This document shows, one piece after another, positions 1-10,121 of a stretch of DNA of 24,000 nt. Numbering within the stretch: position 1 is the stretch's first letter; every line of letters starts with the position of its first letter. The position numbers were made by a program, and so were the translations under genes. The notes beneath the pieces are model-generated. The model saw only the letters and a list, made by a program, of their open reading frames with translations, had not been told where the DNA came from and searched no databases. The stretch is from Sediminivirga luteola (lineage in GTDB: Bacteria > Actinomycetota > Actinomycetes > Actinomycetales > Brevibacteriaceae), in the NCBI RefSeq assembly GCF_014639315.1, contig NZ_BMFY01000006.1, positions 170,510-194,509 of the forward strand, read 5' to 3'.

Positions 1-892
1 GGGGCACGGCGGCCGTGGTGGCCCGTGCCCGCTCCAGCAGGGTGCGCCGCAGTCCCGGGACCATCTGCTTGGAGCGTTCGAGCTGGTGAGCGAGGATCGC
101 CAGCCAGTTGCGGGTCGCTTTGGGCAGGAACAGCGCGGCGTCCCGGTCGGCGTGCACCAACCGGAAGACCTCGGCGAAGGCGTCGATGAACCACAGCTGG
201 CGCTCGTCGACGATCTGCGTCAGTGATCCGGCGACCTGGCGGCGGTAGCAGATGCCGGGGGCGTCGACCACCGCGAAGGATTCCGCGTTCAGGTGCAGGT
301 TCCAGATCCACGGGCGGTCCTCCGCGGTCATGTACCCCTCGGGGAAGCGCAGCAGGCCGGAGCCGTCCAGCAGCCGGCGGTGGAACGCGCCGGCCCAGGC
401 GAACGGGTAGTCCACCATGGTGCTCTGATCGGTGGGGAGCACACCCTTGCGCGGGTCGAGCGCCCGGCCGCGGACCGCCATCGGCGCCTTGGTCAGATCA
501 CGTCGGTCCCCGGTCACCTGGATGTGGTCGGTGCGCACGAAGTCCACCCCGAGATCCCGTACCGCCCGGCTGACGACGGCCAGATGGCCGGGCCGCAGCC
601 AGTCGTCGCCGTCGAGGAAGGCGATGACATCCGCGCTGGCGGCCGCCATGCCCTGGTTGCGCGCGCTGGCCAGACCCACCGGGCGCTCATTGCGCAGCAC
701 CGTGAACCGCGGGAAGCGGGCGGCCTGCTGCTCGAGCACCTCCTGGGTGCGGTCGCTGGACCCGTCGTCCACGAACACCACATCCATCCGGCCGGGCTCG
801 TCGAACTGCTTCGCGAGCGTGGCGAACATGGTGCTCAGGTACGGGGACGCGTCCTTGGCAGGGATGACGACGGAGATCTCGGGGTGGCTCAT
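1..892 (-). CDS. Family 2 glycosyltransferase (N-terminal ~297 codons; C-terminus runs off the left edge)
   Basis: Absent from the ORF track because it has no stop in the window. My reverse translation from ATG 892-890 reads MSHPEISVVIPAKDASPYLSTMFATLAKQ...VVFVDDGSSDRT...LASARNQGM...VIAFLDGDDWLRPGH. This is a GT-A/GT2 fold with a DxD motif (DGDD). I checked the frame for tca/cta/tta in phase and it stays open to position 1. The start lies 11 nt downstream of the stop of the NeuA/NeuB-like ORF. Confidence 0.8.
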   Translation of the reverse strand, partial: MSHPEISVVIPAKDASPYLSTMFATLAKQFDEPGRMDVVFVDDGSSDRTQEVLEQQAARFPRFTVLRNERPVGLASARNQGMAAASADVIAFLDGDDWLRPGHLAVVSRAVRDLGVDFVRTDHIQVTGDRRDLTKAPMAVRGRALDPRKGVLPTDQSTMVDYPFAWAGAFHRRLLDGSGLLRFPEGYMTAEDRPWIWNLHLNAESFAVVDAPGICYRRQVAGSLTQIVDERQLWFIDAFAEVFRLVHADRDAALFLPKATRNWLAILAHQLERSKQMVPGLRRTLLERARATTAAVP

Positions 893-903
893 CGGGAGTG
901 TCT

Positions 904-2487
<1,584 letters not shown>

Positions 2488-2626
2488 GGGCTCCAGACTA
2501 ACCCGGACGCCTGAGAAGTCGGTAAACGTCAGGTGTCGTGTCGGCGTCCACATGGCCGCCGGCGTGACGGGCTCTGCGGCCGGCGTTCGCGTTGCGAGAG
2601 GCTCTGCGGTCGCAGGCCGGCGCCGG

Positions 2627-4219
2627 TCAGATCCAGGACGGCAGCCACATCCGCGCCCGCCAGGAGTCCATCGGGATCCACTCCGCGACGTGCAGCGGCC
2701 AGAACCAGAAGAACACGGCGACCGCGACCGCCAGGAAGGCGCCCACCGCCAGCCGCCGGGCGGCGAGACCTGCGGGCAGCGCCCGGCCCGGCGGGGCATC
2801 GGCGGGAGCCCGCCCCCACAGCAGGCCGAGGGCGTAGACCACAGCAAGGACCACGAAGGGGAGCATCACGATCGTGTAGAAGGTGAAGATGGTGCGGTCG
2901 GCGTAGCTGAACCAGGGGAGCCAGGTGGCCGCCAGCCCGGCCAGGATGGCTCCGGCGCGCCAGTCGCGGTGGGCGATCCACGCCACCAGGCACAGCAGGA
3001 CCGCCGCCGCGCCGGCCCACCAGATGACGGGGTTGCCCACCGAGGTGATCGCCGCGGCGCAGGTGTCGGCGGCGCACTGCGCGCCCTCGTCGTCGCGGCG
3101 GAAGTAGAACGAGGTGGGCCGCCACTGCACGATCCAGCCCCAGGGGTGGGACATGTACGGGTGCTCGCTCTCCACGCCGACGTGGAAGCGGTAGGCCTGC
3201 CAGTGGTGATACGCCAGGGACACCAGCCAGTCCGGCAGCACGTCCCACCAGCCGGAGTGCTCGGCGGCCCACTGCCGGTTGTAGGCGCCGCGGCTGCTGA
3301 TCCACCCGGCCCAGGTGGACAGGTACACCACGAAGGCGATGGGCACCAGCGTGAAGAACGACGGCACGATGTCCCGGCGGACGGTGCTGCGCAGCGGCGT
3401 GCGGGCCCCGGCGCGCCGCCGCATGCCGAGCGTCCAGAGCACGGCGGCGAGGCCGAACGCCGCGAGCGGGTAGACGCCGGACCACTTGGTGCCCAGCGCC
3501 AGGCCGAAGCACACGCCCGCCACCAGCAGCCACGGCCGGAAACCCACTGGACCGTCCGGGCCGCCGGGTCTGGCGGCGAGCGCCGCGATCCGCGCGCCGG
3601 TGCGGTCCCGGTCGATCAGCACGGCGCCGAAACCGGCCAGGATCCAGAACATCAGGAAGATGTCCAGCAGGCTCGTGCGCGAGTGCACCAGATGCGAGCC
3701 GTCGACGGCCAGCAGCACCGCGGCGGCGGTGCCCAGGAACGTGGAGGAGAACAGGCGCCGGGCGATGAGGCCGATCATCAGGATCGAGACGGCGCCGACG
3801 AGCGCCGCGGTGAACCGCCAGCCGAAGGCGGAGTCGTGCCCGAACAGCTGCAGACCCAGCGCGATCAGCCACTTCCCTGCGGGCGGATGCACCACGAAGC
3901 CCGGATCCGTGCGCAGCATGCTGGCATCGCCCTGGTTGAAGGCGTCGTCCGAGCCTTCGGGCCACTGCCGTTCGTAGCCGGACTGCAGCAGGGAGTAGGC
4001 GTCCTTGACGTAATAGGTCTCGTCGAACACGAGGGTGCCCGGCTCGCCGAGCCGCCAGAACCGCATCACGCCGCCGGCGACGGCCACCGCCAGGGGGAGC
4101 AGCCAGCCGAGAATCCGCCGATGCGTCACGAGGGCTGAGGCCAGCCGCGCCGCCGGACCGGGGGAGGGCGCCGAGGCGGGGCTGGGCGTGCCGTGTTGCA
4201 GCTCCGAGACATGGGTCAC
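2627..4219 (-). CDS. pmt: Protein O-mannosyltransferase (PMT/GT39 family, polyprenol-phosphate-mannose dependent)
   Basis: 530 aa with a GTG start at 4219. It is a multi-pass membrane protein. The first loop carries VFDETYYVKDAYS (the PMT 'DE' motif), followed by HPPAGKWLIALG. The gene sits next to rsmI, as the M. tuberculosis Rv1002c/Rv1003 pair does. Confidence 0.85.
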   Translation of the reverse strand: MTHVSELQHGTPSPASAPSPGPAARLASALVTHRRILGWLLPLAVAVAGGVMRFWRLGEPGTLVFDETYYVKDAYSLLQSGYERQWPEGSDDAFNQGDASMLRTDPGFVVHPPAGKWLIALGLQLFGHDSAFGWRFTAALVGAVSILMIGLIARRLFSSTFLGTAAAVLLAVDGSHLVHSRTSLLDIFLMFWILAGFGAVLIDRDRTGARIAALAARPGGPDGPVGFRPWLLVAGVCFGLALGTKWSGVYPLAAFGLAAVLWTLGMRRRAGARTPLRSTVRRDIVPSFFTLVPIAFVVYLSTWAGWISSRGAYNRQWAAEHSGWWDVLPDWLVSLAYHHWQAYRFHVGVESEHPYMSHPWGWIVQWRPTSFYFRRDDEGAQCAADTCAAAITSVGNPVIWWAGAAAVLLCLVAWIAHRDWRAGAILAGLAATWLPWFSYADRTIFTFYTIVMLPFVVLAVVYALGLLWGRAPADAPPGRALPAGLAARRLAVGAFLAVAVAVFFWFWPLHVAEWIPMDSWRARMWLPSWI

Positions 4220-4316
4220 GGGCCTTAGTCTACGAGCGGGTGAGGCGGTAACGTGGGCTTCCGACGAGGATCACGGTCGCAAGAGACGAGCAGACGAGCT
4301 TCAGGAGACGGCAGCC

Positions 4317-4853
4317 ATGTCCACCAATCCCGAGTACGGAGACCAGCCAGGGTCGCAGCCGGCGCCGCAGGATCCCTACAGCTCCTACGGCGGCCAGAGC
4401 GCCTACGACGCCCAGGGCGGGCAGGGCGGATACGGCGGGCAGGACACCACCGCCTACGGCAGCGGCTACCCGGCTCAGCCGTCCTATGCCCAGACCAACT
4501 ACGGGCAGGACTCCATGGCTTACGGGCAGGGCGCCCAGCCCGGCTACGGCCAGCCCGCCTATGACTACAACCAGGGCTACGCCGTGCAGCCGCGGACCAA
4601 TACGATGGCGACCCTGTCGCTCATCATGTCGCTGGTGGGCCTGATCACCGGCATCACCGCGGTGCTCGGCATCATCTTCGGCCACATCGGGCGCAAGCAG
4701 ATCCGCGAGACCGGTGAGGGCGGCGACGGCATGGCGCTGGCCGGCCTCATCGTCGGCTACGTCATCTGCGGCCTGTGGGTGCTGGGCATCCTGGCGTACA
4801 TCGCGCTGGTGGTCTTCATGTTCGGCGCCGCGGGCATGGCGGGAGCGTTCTGA
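4317..4853 (+). CDS. DUF4190-type membrane protein with Gln/Gly/Tyr-rich N-terminal low-complexity region
   Basis: ATG 4317 is preceded by AGGAGACG 8 nt upstream. The N-terminal ~95 aa read YGGQSAYDAQGGQGGYGGQ...GYGQPAYDYNQGY. The C-terminus has two TM helices (TMATLSLIMSLVGLITGITAVLGIIFGHIGRKQI...ALAGLIVGYVICGLWVLGILAYIALVV), typical of DUF4190. The track ORF start at 4035 is an upstream extension lacking coding character. Confidence 0.75.
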   Translation: MSTNPEYGDQPGSQPAPQDPYSSYGGQSAYDAQGGQGGYGGQDTTAYGSGYPAQPSYAQTNYGQDSMAYGQGAQPGYGQPAYDYNQGYAVQPRTNTMATLSLIMSLVGLITGITAVLGIIFGHIGRKQIRETGEGGDGMALAGLIVGYVICGLWVLGILAYIALVVFMFGAAGMAGAF

Positions 4854-4858
4854 CGCCG

Positions 4859-5767
4859 GTGCCCTCGGGTGCCCGGGAGGAGGGCGCGGCCGCCTCGGGG
4901 GAGGGTGGCCGGCTCATCCTCCTGGGCACGCCCATCGGCAACATCGCCGACGCCTCCCCGCGGCTGACGGCCACGCTGGCGTCCCTCGACGAGGACGATC
5001 TGATCGCCGCCGAGGACACCCGCGTGCTGCGGAAGCTGGCCACGGCGCTCGGGGTGGAGCTGCGGGCCCGGCTGCTCAGCGCTCACGAGCACAACGAGGC
5101 GTCCCGCGCCGGGGAGATCCTGCAGCGGCTCCGCGAGGGCCGCACCGTGGCCCTGGTGACCGACGCGGGCATGCCCGCGATCTCCGATCCCGGCTTCCGG
5201 ATCGTCCAGCACTGCGCCGAAGCCGGCGTCCCGGTCATCGCCGTGCCCGGTCCTTCCGCGGTGCCCACCGCGCTCGCGCTGTCCGGCCTGCCGAGCGACC
5301 GGTTCTGCTTCGAGGGCTTCCCGCCGCGCAAGCCCGGCGAGCTGCGCGCCGCGCTCGACGCCCTGGCCCGGGAGCCGAGGACCCTGGTGTTCTTCGAGTC
5401 GCCGCACCGCATCGCCGCGACGCTGGCGGCGATGGCCCAGGCGTTCGGGTCCGGGCGCCGGGCCTCGGTCAGCCGCGAACTGACCAAGACCTGGGAGGAG
5501 ACCCGCCGCGGCACGCTCGCCGATCTGGCCGCGCACGCGCAGACGGAAGGCTTCCGCGGCGAGCTGACCGTGGTCGTGGCCGGGGCGTCTGAGGAGACTC
5601 CCGAGGCCGGGGCCCGCGAGGCCGAGCACGCGAGCGAGGTGCTGCGCCTGGCGGGCATGGGACTGCGGCTCAAGGACGCTGCCGGCTATCTGGCCGAGCG
5701 GGAGGGCCTGAGCCGCCGCGAGCTGTACCAGGCGGCGCTGCGGGCCCGTGAGGGGTCCCCGGACTGA
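4859..5767 (+). CDS. rsmI: 16S rRNA (cytidine1402-2'-O)-methyltransferase RsmI
   Basis: Motifs LILLGTPIGNIADASPR, VALVTDAGMPAISDPG, VIAVPGPSA and LVFFESPHR indicate a tetrapyrrole-methylase-fold RsmI. The start is uncertain. I chose GTG 4859, 6 nt after the DUF4190 stop and with GGGAG about 11 nt upstream. The track ORF start at 4775 would overlap the upstream gene by 79 nt. Confidence 0.8.
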   Translation: MPSGAREEGAAASGEGGRLILLGTPIGNIADASPRLTATLASLDEDDLIAAEDTRVLRKLATALGVELRARLLSAHEHNEASRAGEILQRLREGRTVALVTDAGMPAISDPGFRIVQHCAEAGVPVIAVPGPSAVPTALALSGLPSDRFCFEGFPPRKPGELRAALDALAREPRTLVFFESPHRIAATLAAMAQAFGSGRRASVSRELTKTWEETRRGTLADLAAHAQTEGFRGELTVVVAGASEETPEAGAREAEHASEVLRLAGMGLRLKDAAGYLAEREGLSRRELYQAALRAREGSPD

Positions 5768-5807
5768 GCCGCCGGGTGCCGGGCCGGCGGGCTAAGCTAG
5801 TCGCATC

Positions 5808-7334
5808 ATGAGCGCCTTCTACATCACGACCGCGATCGCCTACCCCAACGGCACCCCGCACATCGGTCACGCCTACGAGTACATCGCCGCCGACGCCTTC
5901 GCGCGGTTCAAGCGGCTGGACGGCTACGACGTCCGGTTCCTCACCGGCACCGACGAGCACGGCCTGAAGATGCAGCAGACCGCTCAGAAGGAGGGCATCA
6001 CCCCGCGGGAACTGGCCGACCGGAACGCGGCCGGCTTCAAGCGGCTGCAGGACGCCCTGGGCAGCTCCTATGACCGGTTCATCCGCACCACCGATGCGGA
6101 CCACTACGAGGCGAGCCAGGAGCTCTGGCGTCGCATGGCCGATGCCGGCGACATCTATCTGGGCTCCTATTCGGGTTGGTACTCGGTCCGCGACGAGGCG
6201 TACTTCGCCGAGGACGAGACCGAGGTGGACGCCGAGGGCGTCCGCCGGGCCGTCTCCACCGGCGCCGAGGTGACCTGGACCGAGGAGGAGTCGTATTTCT
6301 TCCGGCTCTCGGCCTACCAGGACCGGCTGCTGAAGCTCTACGAGGAGCATCCCGGGTTCATCGGCCCCGACGTCCGCCGCAATGAGATCGCCAGCTTCGT
6401 GGCTCAGGGGCTCAAGGACCTGTCCATCTCCCGGGCGACCTTCGACTGGGGCGTACCGGTCCCCGGCGACGAACGCCACGTCATGTACGTCTGGGTGGAT
6501 GCGCTGACGAACTACCTCACCGGCATCGGGTTCCCGCACGATGAGGCCAGCGTAGCGAAGTACTGGCCCGCGGACGTGCACATCATCGGCAAGGACATCG
6601 CCCGCTTCCACGCCGTGTACTGGCCGGCGTTCCTGATGTCCGCGGGGCTGGACGTGCCCACCCGGGTCCACGCGCACGGCTTCCTGTTCAACAAGGGCGC
6701 CAAGATGTCCAAGTCGGTCGGCAATGTGGTGGACCCGTTCGAGCTCGTCGACGAGTACGGTCTCGACACCCTCCGGTTCTTCCTGCTGCGAGAGATCTCC
6801 TACGGCCAGGACGGCTCCTACTCGCACGAGGCGATCGTCACCCGCCGCAACGCGGACCTGGCCAATGAGTACGGCAACCTGGCGCAGCGTTCGCTGAGCA
6901 TGGTGGCCAAGAACCTCGGCGGCATCGTCCCGGAGCCCGGCGCGTACACCGCCGAGGACGAGGAACTGCTGGCGCTGGCCGACGGTCTCGTCGACCGGAT
7001 GCGCCCGGAGATGGACCGGCAGAACGTGCACCTGGCCCTGGAGGCCGCCTGGCAGGTGCTCAGCCGGACCAACCGGTACTTCTCCGCGCAGGAGCCCTGG
7101 GTGCTGCGCAAGACCGATCCGGCCAGGATGGGCACGGTGCTCTACGTGACCCTGGAGGTGCTGCGGATCGTCACGCTGCTGGTGCAGCCGGTCATCCCCG
7201 GCTCGGCCGCCGCGATCCTCGACCAGCTCGGTGTGCCCGGGGACGGCAGGGACTTCTCCGCCCTGCCCGAACGCCTCGCGGCCGGCACCCGGCTGCCGGC
7301 GCCGGCGCCCGTCTTCCCCAAGTACGAGGCATGA
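5808..7334 (+). CDS. metG: Methionine--tRNA ligase
   Basis: 508 aa. The HIGH motif (PHIGHAYEY) and the KMSKS motif ([10 protein letters not shown]) are both present, and the N-terminus [12 protein letters not shown] is typical of short-form MetRS. Confidence 0.95.
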   Translation: MSAFYITTAIAYPNGTPHIGHAYEYIAADAFARFKRLDGYDVRFLTGTDEHGLKMQQTAQKEGITPRELADRNAAGFKRLQDALGSSYDRFIRTTDADHYEASQELWRRMADAGDIYLGSYSGWYSVRDEAYFAEDETEVDAEGVRRAVSTGAEVTWTEEESYFFRLSAYQDRLLKLYEEHPGFIGPDVRRNEIASFVAQGLKDLSISRATFDWGVPVPGDERHVMYVWVDALTNYLTGIGFPHDEASVAKYWPADVHIIGKDIARFHAVYWPAFLMSAGLDVPTRVHAHGFLFNKGAKMSKSVGNVVDPFELVDEYGLDTLRFFLLREISYGQDGSYSHEAIVTRRNADLANEYGNLAQRSLSMVAKNLGGIVPEPGAYTAEDEELLALADGLVDRMRPEMDRQNVHLALEAAWQVLSRTNRYFSAQEPWVLRKTDPARMGTVLYVTLEVLRIVTLLVQPVIPGSAAAILDQLGVPGDGRDFSALPERLAAGTRLPAPAPVFPKYEA

Positions 7335-8242
7335 GCAGGGCCAAGGGGGAGCTGCCGCCGGTCCCGGAGCCGCTGCCGCATCCGGTGGCCGACACGCACA
7401 CCCATCTCGACATCTCCACGGGGGCGCGGCTGCCGCTCGCCGAGAAGGACCTGCCACCGGAGTATGAGGCCGAGCAGGACGCCGATGCCCCCGCGCTGCC
7501 GGACGTGGACGAGTTCCGCTCCCGGGCCCTGGCCTCCGGGGTGACCCGCGCGGTGCAGATCGGCTGCGAGCTGCCCTCGGCTCGCTGGACCGCGCAGCTG
7601 GTGGCGGGTGATGACAGCGGCTGGCTCGTCGGCGGCGGTGCGCTGCACCCGAACGAGGCGCCCCGGCTGGCTGCGGCGGGACTGCTGGAGGACGCGCTGA
7701 GCGAGATCGACCGGCTCGTCGCCGGCCCGCGGATGCGCGTGGTGGGGGAGACCGGCCTGGACTACTTCCGCACCGGTGACGAGGGCCGGCCGGCCCAGGA
7801 GGAGTCGTTCCGGGCGCATATCGAGATCGCCAAGCGCCGCGGGCTCGCCCTGCAGATCCACGACCGGGAGGCCCACGCCGATGTGCTCCGCGTCCTGGAC
7901 GACGCCGGGGCGCCCGACCGCGTCATCCTGCACTGCTTCTCCGGCGACGCGGCGTTCGCCGCCGAGTGCGCCGCGCGGGGGTTCTACATGAGCTTCGCCG
8001 GGAACATCACCTTCAAGAACGCCGAGCCGCTCCGGCAGGCGCTGCGCGAGGTGCCGGACGAACTGCTGCTGCTGGAGACCGATGCGCCGTTTCTGACCCC
8101 GGTGCCGTACCGCGGCGCTCCCGGCGGCTCGTATCTGACCGCGCTCACCGCACGGGCGGCGGCGGCGGTCCGGGGTGAGGAGCTGGAGGCGCTGTGCCGT
8201 AGGGCGTGGCACAACGCCGAGACCGCCATCGGCGGCTGGTGA
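7331..8242 (+). CDS. tatD: TatD-family metal-dependent hydrolase/DNase
   Basis: 303 aa. Motifs are DTHTHLD (HxH), [21 protein letters not shown] and [12 protein letters not shown]. An ATGA start/stop overlap with metG (7331-7334) suggests translational coupling. Confidence 0.9.
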   Translation: MSRAKGELPPVPEPLPHPVADTHTHLDISTGARLPLAEKDLPPEYEAEQDADAPALPDVDEFRSRALASGVTRAVQIGCELPSARWTAQLVAGDDSGWLVGGGALHPNEAPRLAAAGLLEDALSEIDRLVAGPRMRVVGETGLDYFRTGDEGRPAQEESFRAHIEIAKRRGLALQIHDREAHADVLRVLDDAGAPDRVILHCFSGDAAFAAECAARGFYMSFAGNITFKNAEPLRQALREVPDELLLLETDAPFLTPVPYRGAPGGSYLTALTARAAAAVRGEELEALCRRAWHNAETAIGGW

Positions 8243-8411
8243 CGGCGTTTCCATTACAGTATTGCCGCATTGATAACGAAGCGGTTACACTGAAACGCGT
8301 TTGGACGTCCACGCCGTCATCCAGCCCCCGTGCACCGCAGACCAGCGGTGTCGGGACGCCGTACGGCACGAACGTCTCCCATGACCGTATACGTCTTCCC
8401 CGCAGATCCGA
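8243..8411 (+). promoter_or_regulatory. rpfB promoter region and ~120-nt structured 5' leader (candidate)
   Basis: A locally AT-rich stretch holds TTGCCG (8262-8267), an 18-nt spacer and TACACT (8286-8291). Downstream, GGACGT (8303-8308) can pair with ACGTCT (8372-8377). That helix would enclose the hairpin CACCGC-agacca-GCGGTG (8333-8350) and the palindrome GCCGTACGGC (8358-8367). Confidence 0.35.
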
Positions 8412-9593
8412 TTGGAACCACCCTTGCCAGCAATCCTGAGGAACCGCAAGGTCCAGATCGCCGGACAGGCCGTCGTCATCACCGCCCTCCTGGGCGGCAC
8501 CGCGGCCTTCGTCGGACTCAACAAGCCCGTCACGGTGACGGTGGACGGCGAGGCGCAGCAGGTGCGCTCCTTCGGCCACGACGTCGCCGATGTGCTCGAC
8601 TCGCAGGGCATCGAGGTCTCCGGGGCCGATGAGGTGCAGCCCGCTCTGAGCACGCCGATCGAGCGCGGATCCGAGATCGTGGTGAACACGGAGAAGGACG
8701 TGCAGGTCGTCCTGGACGGACGCCACCTGGAGGAGACCACCTACGGCAACACGGTGGCGCAGGCGCTCGCGGATCTGGGCATCGACGCACGCGGCGCGGA
8801 CCTCTCGCTGCCGGTCGACGCCCCGGTGGAATCCGGCGAGACCGTGATCGAGGTGGCCACCGACAAGGCCATCCAGGTGCTCGCCGACGGTGAGGCGCAC
8901 CCGGTCGAGGGCACCACCGTGACGGTGAGCGAGGCGCTCACCGCCGCCGGCGTCGAGGTGGGCGAGGACGACATCGTCTCCGCTCCGCTGAACGCCCACG
9001 TCGTCGACGGCCAGAAGGTCCGCGTGCTCCGGGTGGTCGAAGAGACCGTCACGGAGGACGAGGAGATCGACTACGAGACCGAGACCAAGGACAGCGACGA
9101 CCTCTACAAGGGCGAGACCCGCGTGGAGACCGAGGGCAAGAAGGGCAGCAAGAAGGTCACCTACGACGTCCGCAAGGTGGACGGCAAGGAGACCCGCAAG
9201 GAGAAGCTCGAAGAAGAGGTGACCGAGGAGCCGGTCACCCGCGTGGTCCTGGAAGGCACCAAGGAGCGCTCCTCGTCCGGCTCGGGAAGCTCGTCCGGGT
9301 CCAGCGGCGGCGGCAACACCGGCCGTGAGGCGCCCTCCGTGGAGGACAACAGCGTCTGGGACCGCCTCGCGCAGTGCGAGTCCGGCGGCAACTGGTCCAT
9401 CAACACCGGAAACGGCTTCTACGGCGGGCTGCAGTTCATGAAGCAGACCTGGGACGCGATGGGCGGTGGGCAGTACGCCGAGTACCCGCACCAGGCGACC
9501 CGCGAGCAGCAGATCGACATCGGCAAGAAGCTGCAGCGCCAGGCCGGCTGGGGCCAGTGGCCCTCCTGCTCCCGCCAGCTGGGTCTGCGCTGA
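8412..9593 (+). CDS. rpfB: Resuscitation-promoting factor RpfB (DUF348 x3 - G5 - Rpf transglycosylase-like domain)
   Basis: 393 aa. An N-terminal TM helix (IAGQAVVITALLGGTAAFVGL) is followed by three repeats of VTVxVDGE...V-type DUF348 modules. A G5-like block follows (ETETKDSDDLYKGETRVETEGKKGSKKVTYDV). A Ser/Gly linker leads to the Rpf core WDRLAQCESGGNWSINTGNGFYGGLQF. The start is a TTG at 8412 with no good SD, so the exact N-terminus is uncertain. Confidence 0.9.
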   Translation: MEPPLPAILRNRKVQIAGQAVVITALLGGTAAFVGLNKPVTVTVDGEAQQVRSFGHDVADVLDSQGIEVSGADEVQPALSTPIERGSEIVVNTEKDVQVVLDGRHLEETTYGNTVAQALADLGIDARGADLSLPVDAPVESGETVIEVATDKAIQVLADGEAHPVEGTTVTVSEALTAAGVEVGEDDIVSAPLNAHVVDGQKVRVLRVVEETVTEDEEIDYETETKDSDDLYKGETRVETEGKKGSKKVTYDVRKVDGKETRKEKLEEEVTEEPVTRVVLEGTKERSSSGSGSSSGSSGGGNTGREAPSVEDNSVWDRLAQCESGGNWSINTGNGFYGGLQFMKQTWDAMGGGQYAEYPHQATREQQIDIGKKLQRQAGWGQWPSCSRQLGLR

Positions 9594-9618
9594 GCGGCTG
9601 AAGCCGGCACCGCCGCTG

Positions 9619-9676
9619 AGCGCGCGCCGGCCTGCGCGCTGCGGCCCGGAAGGCCTCCGCGGGCAGATGCCCGCGG
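9619..9676 (+). terminator. Two GC-rich hairpins directly after the rpfB stop (candidate terminators without U-tract)
   Basis: Hairpin 1 is AGCGCGC-gccggcct-GCGCGCT (9619-9640). Hairpin 2 is CCGCGGGC-agat-GCCCGCGG (9657-9676). They lie 26 and 64 nt after the TGA at 9591-9593. Neither is followed by a T-run. Confidence 0.4.
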
Positions 9677-9692
9677 GCTATGATCCAGCGCG

Positions 9693-9731
9693 CATGAGAC
9701 CGGTCCCCGTTACCCAGGGGCCGGTCTCATG
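9693..9731 (+). other. Long imperfect hairpin (15 bp with one bulge)
   Basis: CATGAGACCGG-t-CCCC / gttaccca / GGGG-CCGGTCTCATG. The 5' part of the upper stem (TCCCCGT, 9704-9710) can alternatively pair with ACGGGGA (9737-9743). Confidence 0.5.
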
Positions 9732-10121
9732 GCGTTACGGGGACGGTCGCGGAGAATCCGCCCGCCGGGCGGCGGTCGGCTCGCTCGGGCGGGAAGCCGT
9801 GCTCAGTCGAACCAGGCGTCCGGCCGGCTCATGGAAAACTCATGGAGATCAGCTCGCGCGTGCGGGAGGGGTTCGTCTCATTCGATCCCTGTCATTCACC
9901 CCTGTGATCCCCTGCACTGGCAGGGGAGACGGATCTGCTGGCCCGCTGGTTGTGCGGCCATGATCGCTGGGGGCTGCCCCGCGTGCCGGGGCGACGCTAA
10001 CTGGGACGAGCGGAGGATCATGGGCACCGCGGGCAGGGGGGGGCGAGGGGGAAGTGCACACGCGCGCCTCGGTATGGTGAGGGACACGTACGATCGCCGA
10101 CGACGCACCGGAGGTGCAGTC

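Noticed and set aside
2488-2847. The N-terminal 120 codons of track ORF 904..2847, upstream of the NeuA-like domain.
   Set aside because: The sequence is junk-like (CCGGGLPPMPRRAGRC...). It overlaps the 3' end of pmt, and a good GGAG+ATG start exists at 2487.
4035-4316. The upstream extension of the DUF4190 ORF (track start 4035).
   Set aside because: It overlaps the pmt 5' end on the opposite strand and has junk-like composition. A well-placed AGGAG+ATG start exists at 4317.
9800-9890. tRNA-like T-loop strings: GGTTCGA on the minus strand at about 9807-9813, and GGGGTTCG...TTCGATCCC at about 9867-9889.
   Set aside because: The flanking bases do not form the required 5-bp T-stems. I could not build an acceptor or anticodon arm in either orientation.
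9729-10121. The in-frame upstream extension of the P450 ORF, including a Cys-rich stretch (HPCDPLHWQGRRICWPAGCAAMIAGGCPAC) that looked like a possible small metal-binding or RiPP-like peptide.
   Set aside because: Third-codon-position GC is far below that of the genuine genes here. The stretch overlaps hairpins and direct repeats. ATG 10122 has a strong SD, and no SD or start context supports the upstream Mets.
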